A stretch of 64,000 bases of DNA from a virus (lineage: Duplodnaviria > Caudoviricetes): the IMG/VR virus record IMGVR_UViG_3300027833_000011. One strand, written 5' to 3'. The translations under genes and the position numbers were made by a program. Of the stretch, positions 18,780 to 28,771 are shown one piece after another (the stretch's first letter is position 1; each line of letters starts with the position of its first letter). Below the pieces are notes generated by a model. It made no database searches. It saw only the letters and a list, made by a program, of their open reading frames with translations, and was not told the origin of the DNA.

Positions 18780-21122
18780 ATGTTAGATAAAGATAAATTG
18801 GAAAATCCAAAGATAAAGATAGTATGGGAGGACGTTGCTGAGTCATTTACTCAGGAGAGAATTGCTCGTATTAAGTCTTATTTTTCGAAGAAGTACAAAT
18901 CAAAGAATGTTACGGTTGTGACCAAAGTAGTGGTATCCAAAAACGAAGCAAAATTGGATTCCATTGATATGGCGGATAACATCTTAGACACACAATACCA
19001 AAAAGAGTTGGTAAAGGATTATATAAAGACTAATGACATTAAAGTTGAATGGGATTTATTATCTAAGTTAGATGACCGTGTTAATAATGAAATAGATAAG
19101 TCACACCAAAACACAATAAGGTTTAGACAGTGGTATATTAAAAGGTTAGAGTTTTCTAACTTCTTATCTTATGGTGAGGGTAACACAGTTCCGTTTGACG
19201 ACTTAGGTGGTATCACCTGTATTGAGTCTGACCCACCAAACTTCGGTGGTAAAACTGTATTAGCAGTGGATTTATTAATGTTCTTATTCTTCAATAGAAC
19301 AACAAAGACTAAAAAGAACGAAGAGATATTCAATCAATTTACAACCAAAGATGAGGTTCATGTAAGAGGTGATGTTATGATTGATGGTGACGAATACGTT
19401 ATTGTCAGAAACATTAAGAGAAAACCAAAAAGAGCTGGTGGGTTTACCGTAACGTCTTCATTGGAGTTCATCAAGAAAATGAGTGACGGTTCACTAGTCA
19501 ATCTGTCAGGTGAACAAAGAAGAGAAACTGAGGAGTTTATTAAGTCAGCCATTGGAACTGAAGATGATTTCTTAACTACTATATTGACAACAGGTACAAA
19601 TTTGGAGGAGTTAATCGATTCCAAACCTACTGCGTTGGGTCAGGTTTTTACTAAGTTTATTGGTTTAGAATCGTTAAGAGAAAAAGAAGATGTTGCTAAA
19701 AAGATATTTTCAGAATGGAACAAATCGTTAATCTCAAACGTATACAATTCTCAGGATTTAAAACAGACAATATTAGACTGTAAAGAGACCATCAAAGAAA
19801 ATAAGGTTTTAATTGTTGATAAGACAAAACTATTGGGGATTAAAGAAGGTGAGTTAAAAAACGCAATTGATAAAAAAGATTTATTGATTGAGAAGAAACA
19901 CTCTGATATCGATGAGGAATTAACCAAACTAAACCCTGAGAGATACTTAACAGAGATTAAGGAATTCGAGGATAAGGTTACGGTAACCAAACACTATTTT
20001 GAAGAAATTAAGGTGACCGAACCATCTAAATATTATCACGGTGACGAACATAAGGAAGTCAGAGATTCAATCAATGAGGGTAAAGTTAATCAGACAATAA
20101 GTGAGAGAGTAATTAAAGAATTGGGAGAGATGATTACCCAACTTAAAGAGGGGGAGATTTGTCCTACATGTAAAAGAGCGTTGGACGATGTTGACCATAC
20201 TGACGAAATTAAACAAAAAGAGAAAGAACTTAAGAAAGAAAAAAAATCACTTAAGTCCGTTGAAAAAGAACTTATAACATTAACTGATAAAGATGAGAAA
20301 CAATCCATCCTTAAGAAACAATTTGAGGATTATGACAGAGATAAGTTACGAAAAGAGAAGTATCGTTTAGAGTTAATGACTAAAGAGTTGGAATTAAAGT
20401 CTATGACTGATACAATGGACAAATGGGAGTCTAACAAGTATAAGTTAGAGGAGAATATGGTCATTGAAAAGGATTTAATGTTGATTAAGACAAAGATTGA
20501 CGGTTTAGCCGCTGAGGTTGATACGTTTAAGTACTTAATCCAAGACTATAACAACACTATTAAGACTAATGAGACCAAAATCACAGAATCTGAACAATTA
20601 ATGGATAAAATTGTGAAAGAAGAGGACTATAAGCAGATATTTGAGTCGTTCTTAGCGATATTTGGTAAGAACGGTATATCAAAGATGATTTTAAGGTCTA
20701 TGATACCTGTTATCAACTCAGAATTAGCTCGTCTGTTGGAGGATAGTTGTAGATTCACATTAGATGTTAGAATATCTGAAAAGAATGAGATAATGTTCGT
20801 TATGATTGATGATGAAACAAGAGTAGAGAAACCAATGGGTTCTGGTTCAGGGTATGAACGTACAATTGCGTCTATGGCGTTAAGAGCGGTGTTATCTAAA
20901 GTGTCAGCATTACCAAAACCAAATGTTATAGTTATGGATGAGGTGTTTGGTAAAGTTGCTGATGAAAATTTAGAGATGGTTGGTGGATTTTTTAGAAAAA
21001 TTAAAACATATTTTGAACATATATTTGTGATTACTCACAATCCATTAGTCAAAAATTGGTCTGACCATGTAATTACTATAAATAAGAACGACAACGTTTC
21101 AAAAATTAAAAATATTATATAA
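18780..21122 (+). CDS. sbcC: Rad50/SbcC (gp46-like) ATPase with N-terminal extension
   Basis: LEFSNFLSYG, NFGGKT (Walker A), coiled coils, CPTC zinc hook, GSGYE signature, VMDEVFG (Walker B), ITHN. Confidence 0.9.
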   Translation: MLDKDKLENPKIKIVWEDVAESFTQERIARIKSYFSKKYKSKNVTVVTKVVVSKNEAKLDSIDMADNILDTQYQKELVKDYIKTNDIKVEWDLLSKLDDRVNNEIDKSHQNTIRFRQWYIKRLEFSNFLSYGEGNTVPFDDLGGITCIESDPPNFGGKTVLAVDLLMFLFFNRTTKTKKNEEIFNQFTTKDEVHVRGDVMIDGDEYVIVRNIKRKPKRAGGFTVTSSLEFIKKMSDGSLVNLSGEQRRETEEFIKSAIGTEDDFLTTILTTGTNLEELIDSKPTALGQVFTKFIGLESLREKEDVAKKIFSEWNKSLISNVYNSQDLKQTILDCKETIKENKVLIVDKTKLLGIKEGELKNAIDKKDLLIEKKHSDIDEELTKLNPERYLTEIKEFEDKVTVTKHYFEEIKVTEPSKYYHGDEHKEVRDSINEGKVNQTISERVIKELGEMITQLKEGEICPTCKRALDDVDHTDEIKQKEKELKKEKKSLKSVEKELITLTDKDEKQSILKKQFEDYDRDKLRKEKYRLELMTKELELKSMTDTMDKWESNKYKLEENMVIEKDLMLIKTKIDGLAAEVDTFKYLIQDYNNTIKTNETKITESEQLMDKIVKEEDYKQIFESFLAIFGKNGISKMILRSMIPVINSELARLLEDSCRFTLDVRISEKNEIMFVMIDDETRVEKPMGSGSGYERTIASMALRAVLSKVSALPKPNVIVMDEVFGKVADENLEMVGGFFRKIKTYFEHIFVITHNPLVKNWSDHVITINKNDNVSKIKNII

Positions 21123-21123
21123 T

Positions 21124-21864
21124 ATGAAGATTGATAGAGTTTATGTCATCACAATGGATATGAGTGATGAATACAAAGATGAGTTATTTGAGAGAGTGTT
21201 AAATTTACCACTACCTTCAAATACACCTGTTGAGTTTAAACAAGGGTTTCCAGGTAAGGATTTATTGGAAAGACCTGAAGACTTTCCTGAGTATCGTATA
21301 TACCCACATTGGAACCTTAACAACCCAGAGGGTTGGTGGTGGTGGCAAAGACCAGCGTTATCAGGTGAAGCGGGTGGTATGATATCACACACAATGTGTT
21401 GGGAAGATGCGTATGAGAAGGGGTATGAAAATATTATGATTATTGAAGATGACTTTACGGTCGAAGAACCTATTGATTGGGGTATCTTTAAAGAACTTGA
21501 TGGTTATGAATGGGATTTATGTTTAATGGCTCACAATTCATTACACGAACATTTTTCAGATATTATGAAACCTTTAAATATTGGTAGAGAACATTTTATC
21601 AGACCAACGTTCTTTTATAATACTCATACTTATATACTTTCTTCGGGAGGTATTAAGAAATTAGTTGAGGACCATTTAGATGTGTTAAAACAAAATATTA
21701 TAGTATCTGACGAATTTTTATCTGCAGTTACTTCATCACATCCAAGACCTGATTTAAGAGAGATGTACATAACTAATATGTCAGCGGTTGCTACAAAAGT
21801 TAATTATACAGGACAAACAAGAAGTGAAGGTTTGGGTAATTCTTTAACCGAGACTGAAAAGTAA
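21124..21864 (+). CDS. GT25 glycosyltransferase, COLGALT (collagen galactosyltransferase)-like
   Basis: RVYVI, RP..GE.G..ISH..W, IIEDDF, WDL, Y....YILS..G..KL, DEFL......HP, terminal SLTE. Confidence 0.75.
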   Translation: MKIDRVYVITMDMSDEYKDELFERVLNLPLPSNTPVEFKQGFPGKDLLERPEDFPEYRIYPHWNLNNPEGWWWWQRPALSGEAGGMISHTMCWEDAYEKGYENIMIIEDDFTVEEPIDWGIFKELDGYEWDLCLMAHNSLHEHFSDIMKPLNIGREHFIRPTFFYNTHTYILSSGGIKKLVEDHLDVLKQNIIVSDEFLSAVTSSHPRPDLREMYITNMSAVATKVNYTGQTRSEGLGNSLTETEK

Positions 21865-21878
21865 TATATTTATAAGAT

Positions 21879-22433
21879 ATGGGATTAGATATTAGTTATT
21901 ATAAACTTGGGAATAAAGTTGAGGTTGACGACACTATAGAAGAGTGGTCAGAAGAGTTTTATGACAAGTATGGGCACGATTTGATATGGTTATATAATAA
22001 TTATGAAATGGAACAATCAGACGACCTTGACGGTTTTTATAACGCAGAAAGATTAGGTGGTTTTAGAGCGGGTTCGTATTCAGGATACGGACAGTATAGA
22101 AGGACCTTACGTAGATTATCTATTGTTGCGATGGCAGAAAATAAAGAACTGGCTGAAAAATATAAAGATGAAATCCCATTTGACTTACAACTCAACTTTA
22201 GTGACTGTGAAGGGTTTATTGGTCCATTCTCAAGTGTTACTTTAAGAGACCAATATAGAGAATTTCATGGTCCAATCATAAAAGACATTATAAAGATGGC
22301 TAAATATGGTGTAAAAACTGACATATACAAAGCTATCTCTAGAGAGGAGTTAGAGTATTTTGCTGGTTTGTATATTAATTGGAAAACGGCATTTGAAGAA
22401 ACTTCTAACGTAGGTGTTGTATATTACACCTAA
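21879..22433 (+). CDS. hypothetical phage protein
   Basis: MGLDISYY start; FRAGSYSGY and NFSDCEG motifs. Confidence 0.65.
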   Translation: MGLDISYYKLGNKVEVDDTIEEWSEEFYDKYGHDLIWLYNNYEMEQSDDLDGFYNAERLGGFRAGSYSGYGQYRRTLRRLSIVAMAENKELAEKYKDEIPFDLQLNFSDCEGFIGPFSSVTLRDQYREFHGPIIKDIIKMAKYGVKTDIYKAISREELEYFAGLYINWKTAFEETSNVGVVYYT

Positions 22434-22447
22434 TTGTTATATATTTG
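22416..22447 (+). promoter_or_regulatory. Bacteroidota-type promoter upstream of clpP
   Basis: GTTG - 20 nt - TATATTTG (22440). Confidence 0.6.
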
Positions 22448-22469
22448 TATCACACTAAAAAATTAATTT

Positions 22470-23144
22470 ATGGATTATAGAGATATTAACGACTTTGGTC
22501 GTTTTGCTAAAGATAAGGGGATTTCAGGAATGAATCTTCACTACTTCAACCAAAAAGTAGAAAATTCAATGACACCTTACATTTTAGAGGAGAGAAGTCT
22601 TAACGTAACACAAATGGATGTGTTTTCAAGATTAATGATGGACAGAATCTTATGGGTTTCGGGACCTGTAAATGACCAAATGGCGTCTATTGTACAAGCA
22701 CAATTACTATTCTTAGATAACCTTGACGATAGAGATATTTCAATGTATATCGATTCACCAGGTGGTTCTGTTAAAGCGGGACTTTCAATGGTTGATGTTA
22801 TGGACTATGTGAATAGTGATATTGCTACCGTTAATGCAGGAATGGCGGCATCGATGGGTTCTGTACTGTTAGGTGCAGGAACCAAAGGTAAAAGGTCTTC
22901 ATTAAGATTCTCACAAACAATGTTACACCAATCATCAGGTGGTGCGGTAGGTAACATTCAAGATGCTGAGATTTCTATGATTGAATGGAGAAAAGTAAAC
23001 CAACAGTTATTTGAATTGTTAGGGGGTTACTGTGAAAAAGACGCAGAACAAGTTAAGAAAGATGCGACTCGTGATTTCTGGTTAAGTGCTGACGAAGCGA
23101 AAGACTACGGAATTATTGATGAAGTTATTCGTAAACGAAGATAA
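22470..23144 (+). CDS. clpP: ATP-dependent Clp protease proteolytic subunit
   Basis: DVFSRLMMDRI, YIDSPGGSV, AASMGS (Ser), MLHQ (His), RDFWL (Asp). Confidence 0.95.
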   Translation: MDYRDINDFGRFAKDKGISGMNLHYFNQKVENSMTPYILEERSLNVTQMDVFSRLMMDRILWVSGPVNDQMASIVQAQLLFLDNLDDRDISMYIDSPGGSVKAGLSMVDVMDYVNSDIATVNAGMAASMGSVLLGAGTKGKRSSLRFSQTMLHQSSGGAVGNIQDAEISMIEWRKVNQQLFELLGGYCEKDAEQVKKDATRDFWLSADEAKDYGIIDEVIRKRR

Positions 23145-23148
23145 AAGT

Positions 23149-23175
23149 AAAAAGGGACCTTAGGGTCCCTTTTTT
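23149..23175. terminator. bidirectional intrinsic terminator
   Basis: A tract - agggacc-ttag-ggtccct - T tract between convergent genes. Confidence 0.85.
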
Positions 23176-23198
23176 AGTATATATGTATGGTTGATTGG

Positions 23199-23696
23199 TT
23201 AGTATAGTTTGTCTCTAAAGAATACTGATTCCTCATCGGATAAGTAAGCCTCACCATTAGTTAATCTTTTTCTTTCGAACTCTAAGATACCCATAGCGAC
23301 TTTTTTATCATATTCTTTATCGTCTGTCATAGGTATTAATGCGTCGTAATATATAAGACCTGTAAAACGTCTTCTAGTTCCGTCTTTATATGAAAACAAT
23401 TCATCTACATCGTTTTCATCTAATTCAATTTGTCCAAATTCGCTTTCTTTGAAATGGTTTACTTGACTTAGTGGGTTTACTTCATCCTCATCTTCATCAT
23501 CATCTTGTTCTGATAAGTTAGGGTTATCGTAGTTTTTGACCTTATGGTCTTCACCGTGAGCTAAGTCTTTTTGTTCTCCATTTGCGTAATCACTAAACGG
23601 TTCAGACTCAACATGCGTTTCATCAATTTCAGAGTTAGTCATAGATTCAACTATACGTTTAAATTGTGATTCGTCTAATTTAATTTTTTTACTCAT
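23199..23696 (-). CDS. acidic hypothetical protein, probably late or head-associated
   Basis: N-terminal KIKLDESQFKRIVE motif; ATATTTATA upstream on its own strand. Confidence 0.65.
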   Translation of the reverse strand: MSKKIKLDESQFKRIVESMTNSEIDETHVESEPFSDYANGEQKDLAHGEDHKVKNYDNPNLSEQDDDEDEDEVNPLSQVNHFKESEFGQIELDENDVDELFSYKDGTRRRFTGLIYYDALIPMTDDKEYDKKVAMGILEFERKRLTNGEAYLSDEESVFFRDKLY

Positions 23697-23838
23697 TATA
23701 AAATGTTTTTAAGAATATGATTCTACTATATAAATATAAGAAAACCAAAACAAAGTTAATTTTTACCTATATAAATGTAAATAATGTTTGGATATAAGTG
23801 AATTAATTTTTACTTTTGTCTACTTATAAAATACATAT

Positions 23839-24420
23839 ATGAATAAAAGAAATAAGTCATACCTACTTTTCCTTTATGGGATTTGGATAGATGAGAAAGA
23901 TATTATACGTGCACTACAAGAGACACTAATAGTTGTAATTGACTCAGGGTATATGAAGTTTGTACACGGACCAGGTTCCGCTATTGTTTGTTTTAAGTCA
24001 CAAGAAAGTTTTGAGGATTTATCTGAGTTTATACAAGATTCTTTACCAAACTACGTTACTAATCACATATTCATTCCAAAACCAAGAAAATTATCACATA
24101 GATTTCCTGATGATATGGATAAACACTTATTTGATGTTGATACCAACACCAATGATTTAGTTGATAAGCAAAATGAAAAATATGAATCACCACCTGATAT
24201 CCCTATGAATATGGAGGACTTCGATAACCCAATTTTTGATGGTATTATAGGTAAAATAGATGAGATGTTTGAGGACTTTGTAACAGATGTAAAGAAAATT
24301 ACAAACAAATCAAATAATTTTAATATTGATGATATATTGGATAAGATTACAGAAAATGGCGTATCTTCGCTAACCAAAGAAGAAAAAGAATTTTTAGATA
24401 AACAAAACAACCAAAAATAA
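23839..24420 (+). CDS. hypothetical protein with C-terminal DUF6576-like helix pair
   Basis: IDDILDKITENGVSSLTKEEKEFL. Confidence 0.6.
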   Translation: MNKRNKSYLLFLYGIWIDEKDIIRALQETLIVVIDSGYMKFVHGPGSAIVCFKSQESFEDLSEFIQDSLPNYVTNHIFIPKPRKLSHRFPDDMDKHLFDVDTNTNDLVDKQNEKYESPPDIPMNMEDFDNPIFDGIIGKIDEMFEDFVTDVKKITNKSNNFNIDDILDKITENGVSSLTKEEKEFLDKQNNQK

Positions 24421-24423
24421 TAT

Positions 24424-25215
24424 ATGGCTAAATACACATCACACATCAACCAAGACGAGATATCACATTATCTTAAAGAGTTAAGAAAGATTCCTGTTAT
24501 CACACCTGCTAGAGAAAAGGAACTGTCTAAAATTATGTTAAATCCGAATGTAACCCAAAGAGAGACTGATAAGGTACATAAAGAATTGTTGGAGGGTAAC
24601 TTAAGATTTGTTATAACAGTGGCTAAAGACTACCAAGGTCAAGGTATTGATTTATCTGACTTGATATCTGAAGGTAATTTAGGTCTTATGAAGGCGATTA
24701 AGTCATTTGATTGGAGTAGAGGTTTAAGATTTATATCATACGCGGTATGGTGGGTTAAACAATCAATCTTCCAATGTCTAAATGAAAATTCAAGGACTAT
24801 TAGGTTACCTGTTAATGTTGTACAAGAAGTACAAAAGGCAAAAAAACAAGATAAACGTGTGGAGGATTTAAATCCACGTCTTAGTAATTTAGCACACGCA
24901 ATCACCTTCGATGACCATATTAATGAGGAGGGTGACACTATGTTCGATTTATTAGAAGATGTTGAAGCGGTAATGCCAGATTCAGCTTTGGACGGTAAAG
25001 ATATAGTTAAAAGACAACTCCTTACTATTATGGATGTCTTAGACGAACGTGAAAATGCTATAGTTAAAGATTACTTCGGAATCACTGGTACTCCAAGGAC
25101 TTTAGAAGACATTGGTAATGATTTCGGACTTACAAAAGAAAGGGTCAGACAAATTAAAGAAAAGGCGTTACGTAAGTTACGTAATGAGTCAGACGCAATA
25201 TTTGACTACTTATAA
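24424..25215 (+). CDS. RNA polymerase sigma70-family factor (RpoD/RpoS-like, no region 1.1)
   Basis: YLKEL, NLRFVITVAK, DLISEGNLGLMKA..FD..RG.RF.SYAVWW, HTH TLEDIG..FGLTKERVRQI. Confidence 0.92.
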   Translation: MAKYTSHINQDEISHYLKELRKIPVITPAREKELSKIMLNPNVTQRETDKVHKELLEGNLRFVITVAKDYQGQGIDLSDLISEGNLGLMKAIKSFDWSRGLRFISYAVWWVKQSIFQCLNENSRTIRLPVNVVQEVQKAKKQDKRVEDLNPRLSNLAHAITFDDHINEEGDTMFDLLEDVEAVMPDSALDGKDIVKRQLLTIMDVLDERENAIVKDYFGITGTPRTLEDIGNDFGLTKERVRQIKEKALRKLRNESDAIFDYL

Positions 25216-25267
25216 AAGTTTGACTATTTATAGTGATATGTGTATTATTTAAAAATACTATGTCATT

Positions 25268-26791
25268 ATGAGAATACTTAGAGAACTACAGAAAAGAATA
25301 TTCCCAACGTTGATAGCACTTACGGCATTGTCTGTGAGTCTTTCAGCTGCCTTTTATTCGGTAACGGGATTGAGTAAATTATTTGCGGGAGCGTCATTTC
25401 AAGTTATGGTAATGGCGGGTTCATTAGAAGTCGCTAAATTGGTGATAGCTTCGTTGTTATACCAATATTGGGGACAGTTAAATAAAATATTAAGAACCTA
25501 TCTGTCAGTTGCGACTGTGATATTGGTGATAATTACATCGGTAGGTATATACGGATTCTTGTCTGCGGCGTACCAAGAAACTGCAACGAAAACAGGGATT
25601 GTAGACAAAGAAGTTGAGTTATTAGAACTTAGAAAAAATAGGTTTGCTGAGAGTAGAGATTACTACTACCAAGAAAAAAAGTCTTTAGATGAAGGGATAA
25701 ATCAATTAAGGAAAGGGTTATCTAATAACGTCATTCAATATAAAGATAAAGAAACAGGTCAGATTATAACCACAACATCATCTTCAAACCGAAGAGCGTT
25801 ACAAGAACAACTTAAGAGTGCTATAGAACAAAGAAGTCAAATTTCTATTAAGTTAGAACAGGCAACAGATTCTATAAATTCAATAGAGGTTAAATCATTG
25901 ACTGTAGAGACAGAGTCAGATTTGGCAGGTGAATTGGGTCCACTGAAATATTTGAGTGAATTGACAGATGTACCAATGAATAGGATTATCAATTACTTAT
26001 TATTGATTATTATATTTGTGTTTGACCCTCTAGCAATATCTTTAGTGATTGCTGCTAACTTTGCGTTTGATAAGATAAAACCTAAAAAGAAAGAGGTTGA
26101 CGATAATACGGAGGTTGGACCACAACCAATGATTTTAAACGAAGATGTTTTATCACACATAGAAAAAGTATTAGATAAAAAGGTTAGGGATGTCTCAGAC
26201 CTTAAAGAACCTGATTCTGAACAAGGGGTAATGGTTGATGAAGAAGAAATCGACGAAGACAATATGTACGATGAAGATTACTACCAATGGGAAAAAGAAT
26301 CTGTTGAAGAATTACATTTACGAGACATATCTGAAGATTTTGTAGAGGATATCATAATTGATAAATCCAACCAAGATGAGTTAATCAGGACAATGGCTAG
26401 TTTAGATAGTAGTGAAGTTTTACGTGAAATTAAGAAAGAGATTATGCCGGATAAAGATAATTCATGGGATAGTACACTACAAGACGGTTTAGAAGATGAA
26501 GAATGGGATGAAGACCATGCGTTAGACCAAGTAATGAATGATATGGTTAAAGATTTCACTGAGGAGGATATTCAAAAAATAATTGACACCAACGAGGAGG
26601 AGATTGAACCTAATGAAGATTTAAAATTAGCGGCTGAAAAATTTAAAGATATAGTGGTCAATGACCCTGAAGAAGTGGTTGTTGAAGACACGTTAAAAGA
26701 GGTAGAACCACCTGTTAGTAAAACTAATGTGTCACCATATTTAAGAGTAGGAAATAGGGTAATACCGAGAAACAAGAGATATGGAAAATAA
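25268..26791 (+). CDS. multi-pass membrane protein with coiled coil and acidic tail
   Basis: N-terminal TM helices (SAAFYSV.GL..LFAG, LEVAKLV), GELGPLKY, IIFVFDPLA. Confidence 0.7.
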   Translation: MRILRELQKRIFPTLIALTALSVSLSAAFYSVTGLSKLFAGASFQVMVMAGSLEVAKLVIASLLYQYWGQLNKILRTYLSVATVILVIITSVGIYGFLSAAYQETATKTGIVDKEVELLELRKNRFAESRDYYYQEKKSLDEGINQLRKGLSNNVIQYKDKETGQIITTTSSSNRRALQEQLKSAIEQRSQISIKLEQATDSINSIEVKSLTVETESDLAGELGPLKYLSELTDVPMNRIINYLLLIIIFVFDPLAISLVIAANFAFDKIKPKKKEVDDNTEVGPQPMILNEDVLSHIEKVLDKKVRDVSDLKEPDSEQGVMVDEEEIDEDNMYDEDYYQWEKESVEELHLRDISEDFVEDIIIDKSNQDELIRTMASLDSSEVLREIKKEIMPDKDNSWDSTLQDGLEDEEWDEDHALDQVMNDMVKDFTEEDIQKIIDTNEEEIEPNEDLKLAAEKFKDIVVNDPEEVVVEDTLKEVEPPVSKTNVSPYLRVGNRVIPRNKRYGK

Positions 26792-27374
26792 TCAAAAGCC
26801 GTTTCATATTAGAAGAAAACAGAATAAGACTCAAATAATGTTAACTCACACATCACGTGACTTAAAATTTTATTTGATGACTTTGAAGTATAGATATGGT
26901 GGTAATTTTGAAAGAATACCGTCTTATCTTATTAGTAAAGAAGGAGTGGTTACCAATATGTTCGAAGCTAAATATAGTTCAAATTACTTTGGAACGAGAA
27001 GAATTGATAACCGAGCGATTATAATTTCATTAGAAAATAATGGTTGGTTAAAAAAACATCACCTATCGGGTAAGTTTATGAACTGGGTTGGTGATATTTA
27101 TTTTAAGAAGCCTTTCGAAAAGAAATGGAGAGGTTTCGGGTTTTGGGATTCTTATACTGATGAACAGTATAAGTCATTATCGGACCTAATAACAAAATTA
27201 AGTGAAGAGTTTGATATACCTTTGGAGTATGTAGGACACAACACTAAGATAACGGGGGTACAAAATTTTAAAGGTATTACCTCAAGGTCGAACTATTCGG
27301 ATATACATACTGATGTGTCACCGGCATTTGATTTTAAAAAGTTAAAACAATATATAGATGAAAAACACGATTAA
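26781..27374 (+). CDS. Amidase_2-fold protein, probably inactive
   Basis: IMLTHT, YLISKEG, IIISLEN, YTDEQYKSL; Zn-ligand His positions appear replaced (LTHT, TSRSN). Confidence 0.6.
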   Translation: MENNQKPFHIRRKQNKTQIMLTHTSRDLKFYLMTLKYRYGGNFERIPSYLISKEGVVTNMFEAKYSSNYFGTRRIDNRAIIISLENNGWLKKHHLSGKFMNWVGDIYFKKPFEKKWRGFGFWDSYTDEQYKSLSDLITKLSEEFDIPLEYVGHNTKITGVQNFKGITSRSNYSDIHTDVSPAFDFKKLKQYIDEKHD

Positions 27375-27879
27375 CGAATACGACCAAATTAAGACGTTAC
27401 TTAAACGTTCAAGGGCGTTAACAGAACAAATTGATAATAGACAAAGTATTGATGATACGTCATCAGAAGATACTAAACCTGAAGAAAAGAGAGAAGAGTT
27501 CACTGTTTCAGGTGGTAAGATTGTTGTACACGGTTACGAAACAGAAGATATGAAGGTTACTGATGAGGAAAAACAAAACTTTCAGGAGACAATGGATGAA
27601 TTTGTAGAACAGGTTTCTGATTTAGTTGATTATAACGCATTACATCTTTATCCGGATAATATTGAATGGTCAGGTAAGTTAGTTAAATTTGACTTAGAAT
27701 TCTTTTACACGTTAGGTGAAAACAACGGAGTATATCTAAACGGTCAAATGATTAAAATTGACGACGACTTTTTAGAGATGATTAGTAAGTTAAGAAACTA
27801 CTATAAAGTATTCTCAAGTAAGTGGGCTAAATTAGTAGCAGCAAGAAAGAAAACAGAGATAGATGACGATTCTTTATAA
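27358..27879 (+). CDS. hypothetical protein
   Basis: 173 aa ORF overlapping its neighbours in the late block. Confidence 0.65.
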   Translation: MKNTINEYDQIKTLLKRSRALTEQIDNRQSIDDTSSEDTKPEEKREEFTVSGGKIVVHGYETEDMKVTDEEKQNFQETMDEFVEQVSDLVDYNALHLYPDNIEWSGKLVKFDLEFFYTLGENNGVYLNGQMIKIDDDFLEMISKLRNYYKVFSSKWAKLVAARKKTEIDDDSL

Positions 27880-28759
27880 TATATTAGGTTATATAACTGA
27901 TGGTTTGGGGTTGATTAAAAAATACCCTAAATTTTTCTTAGGTGTTGCTATTGCGATTTTTGTAATGTTATTTTTCAAACAATGCGAAGATAATAGACAA
28001 CTTAAAAATAGTATTGAACAATTAGAGGTTAATATAGACAACGAGTCTAATAGAACCTTAAATAACATAAAGGCATTAAGGGACAGTGTAATAACTATCA
28101 ATGAGACTAATACCTATCTAAAAGGTGTTGTTAGAGTTAAGGATGGAGAGAACGAGATTTTATCAGAAAGGATAGGGAAACAAGTGGTTAAGATTAACAC
28201 TCTAAAAGAAAAGTTAGACGATAAAATTAAAATTAAGAATGTTTATGTTACTGATATCACTTCAGAAATTGAAACTAACGACGTATTAACTCAGGTTGAT
28301 AGAGACACTTTAGGGAATATTGGTATTGGAATAAAGGATAGTAACCAAGTGTATTCTATTGAAACACAAACGTGGTTTAAGTTGATTCCTGATTCTACGA
28401 GTATGAAATTAAAATTGGTGGATAAGTACGGTTTCGGAAAAAGTTCACTATTAAAACAAAACTTTAATTTCTCATTAACATTATCCCAATTAGAGTTACC
28501 AGACGGCAATACAAGGGTTCTTATAACCCCGTATGATACTTTTGGTAATGAGATACCAAAAAGTCTATTATCGATACCATACGTTGACGGTGTTGATTTT
28601 ATAGACATTGAGCCACAGTTAATACCTTCACCAATTAAGAAAAGAAAAAGGACAGGATTCGGTGTAATGATTGGACCTAGTTTTGGGTTAAATCAATTCG
28701 ATGGAGCCTTCAGACCGACATGGGGAATAGGAATAACTGTAGGTTATAAGATTTTCTAA
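27863..28759 (+). CDS. membrane-anchored coiled-coil protein (possible spanin-like)
   Basis: N-terminal TM helix followed by Cys, a coiled coil, and a C-terminal amphipathic beta-hairpin ending GYKIF. Confidence 0.55.
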   Translation: MTILYNILGYITDGLGLIKKYPKFFLGVAIAIFVMLFFKQCEDNRQLKNSIEQLEVNIDNESNRTLNNIKALRDSVITINETNTYLKGVVRVKDGENEILSERIGKQVVKINTLKEKLDDKIKIKNVYVTDITSEIETNDVLTQVDRDTLGNIGIGIKDSNQVYSIETQTWFKLIPDSTSMKLKLVDKYGFGKSSLLKQNFNFSLTLSQLELPDGNTRVLITPYDTFGNEIPKSLLSIPYVDGVDFIDIEPQLIPSPIKKRKRTGFGVMIGPSFGLNQFDGAFRPTWGIGITVGYKIF

Positions 28760-28771
28760 TATTTATTAGTA

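Noticed and set aside
22470-23144. ClpP as the prohead maturation protease
   Set aside because: It resembles housekeeping bacterial ClpP, has a host-type promoter and is not next to portal or capsid genes
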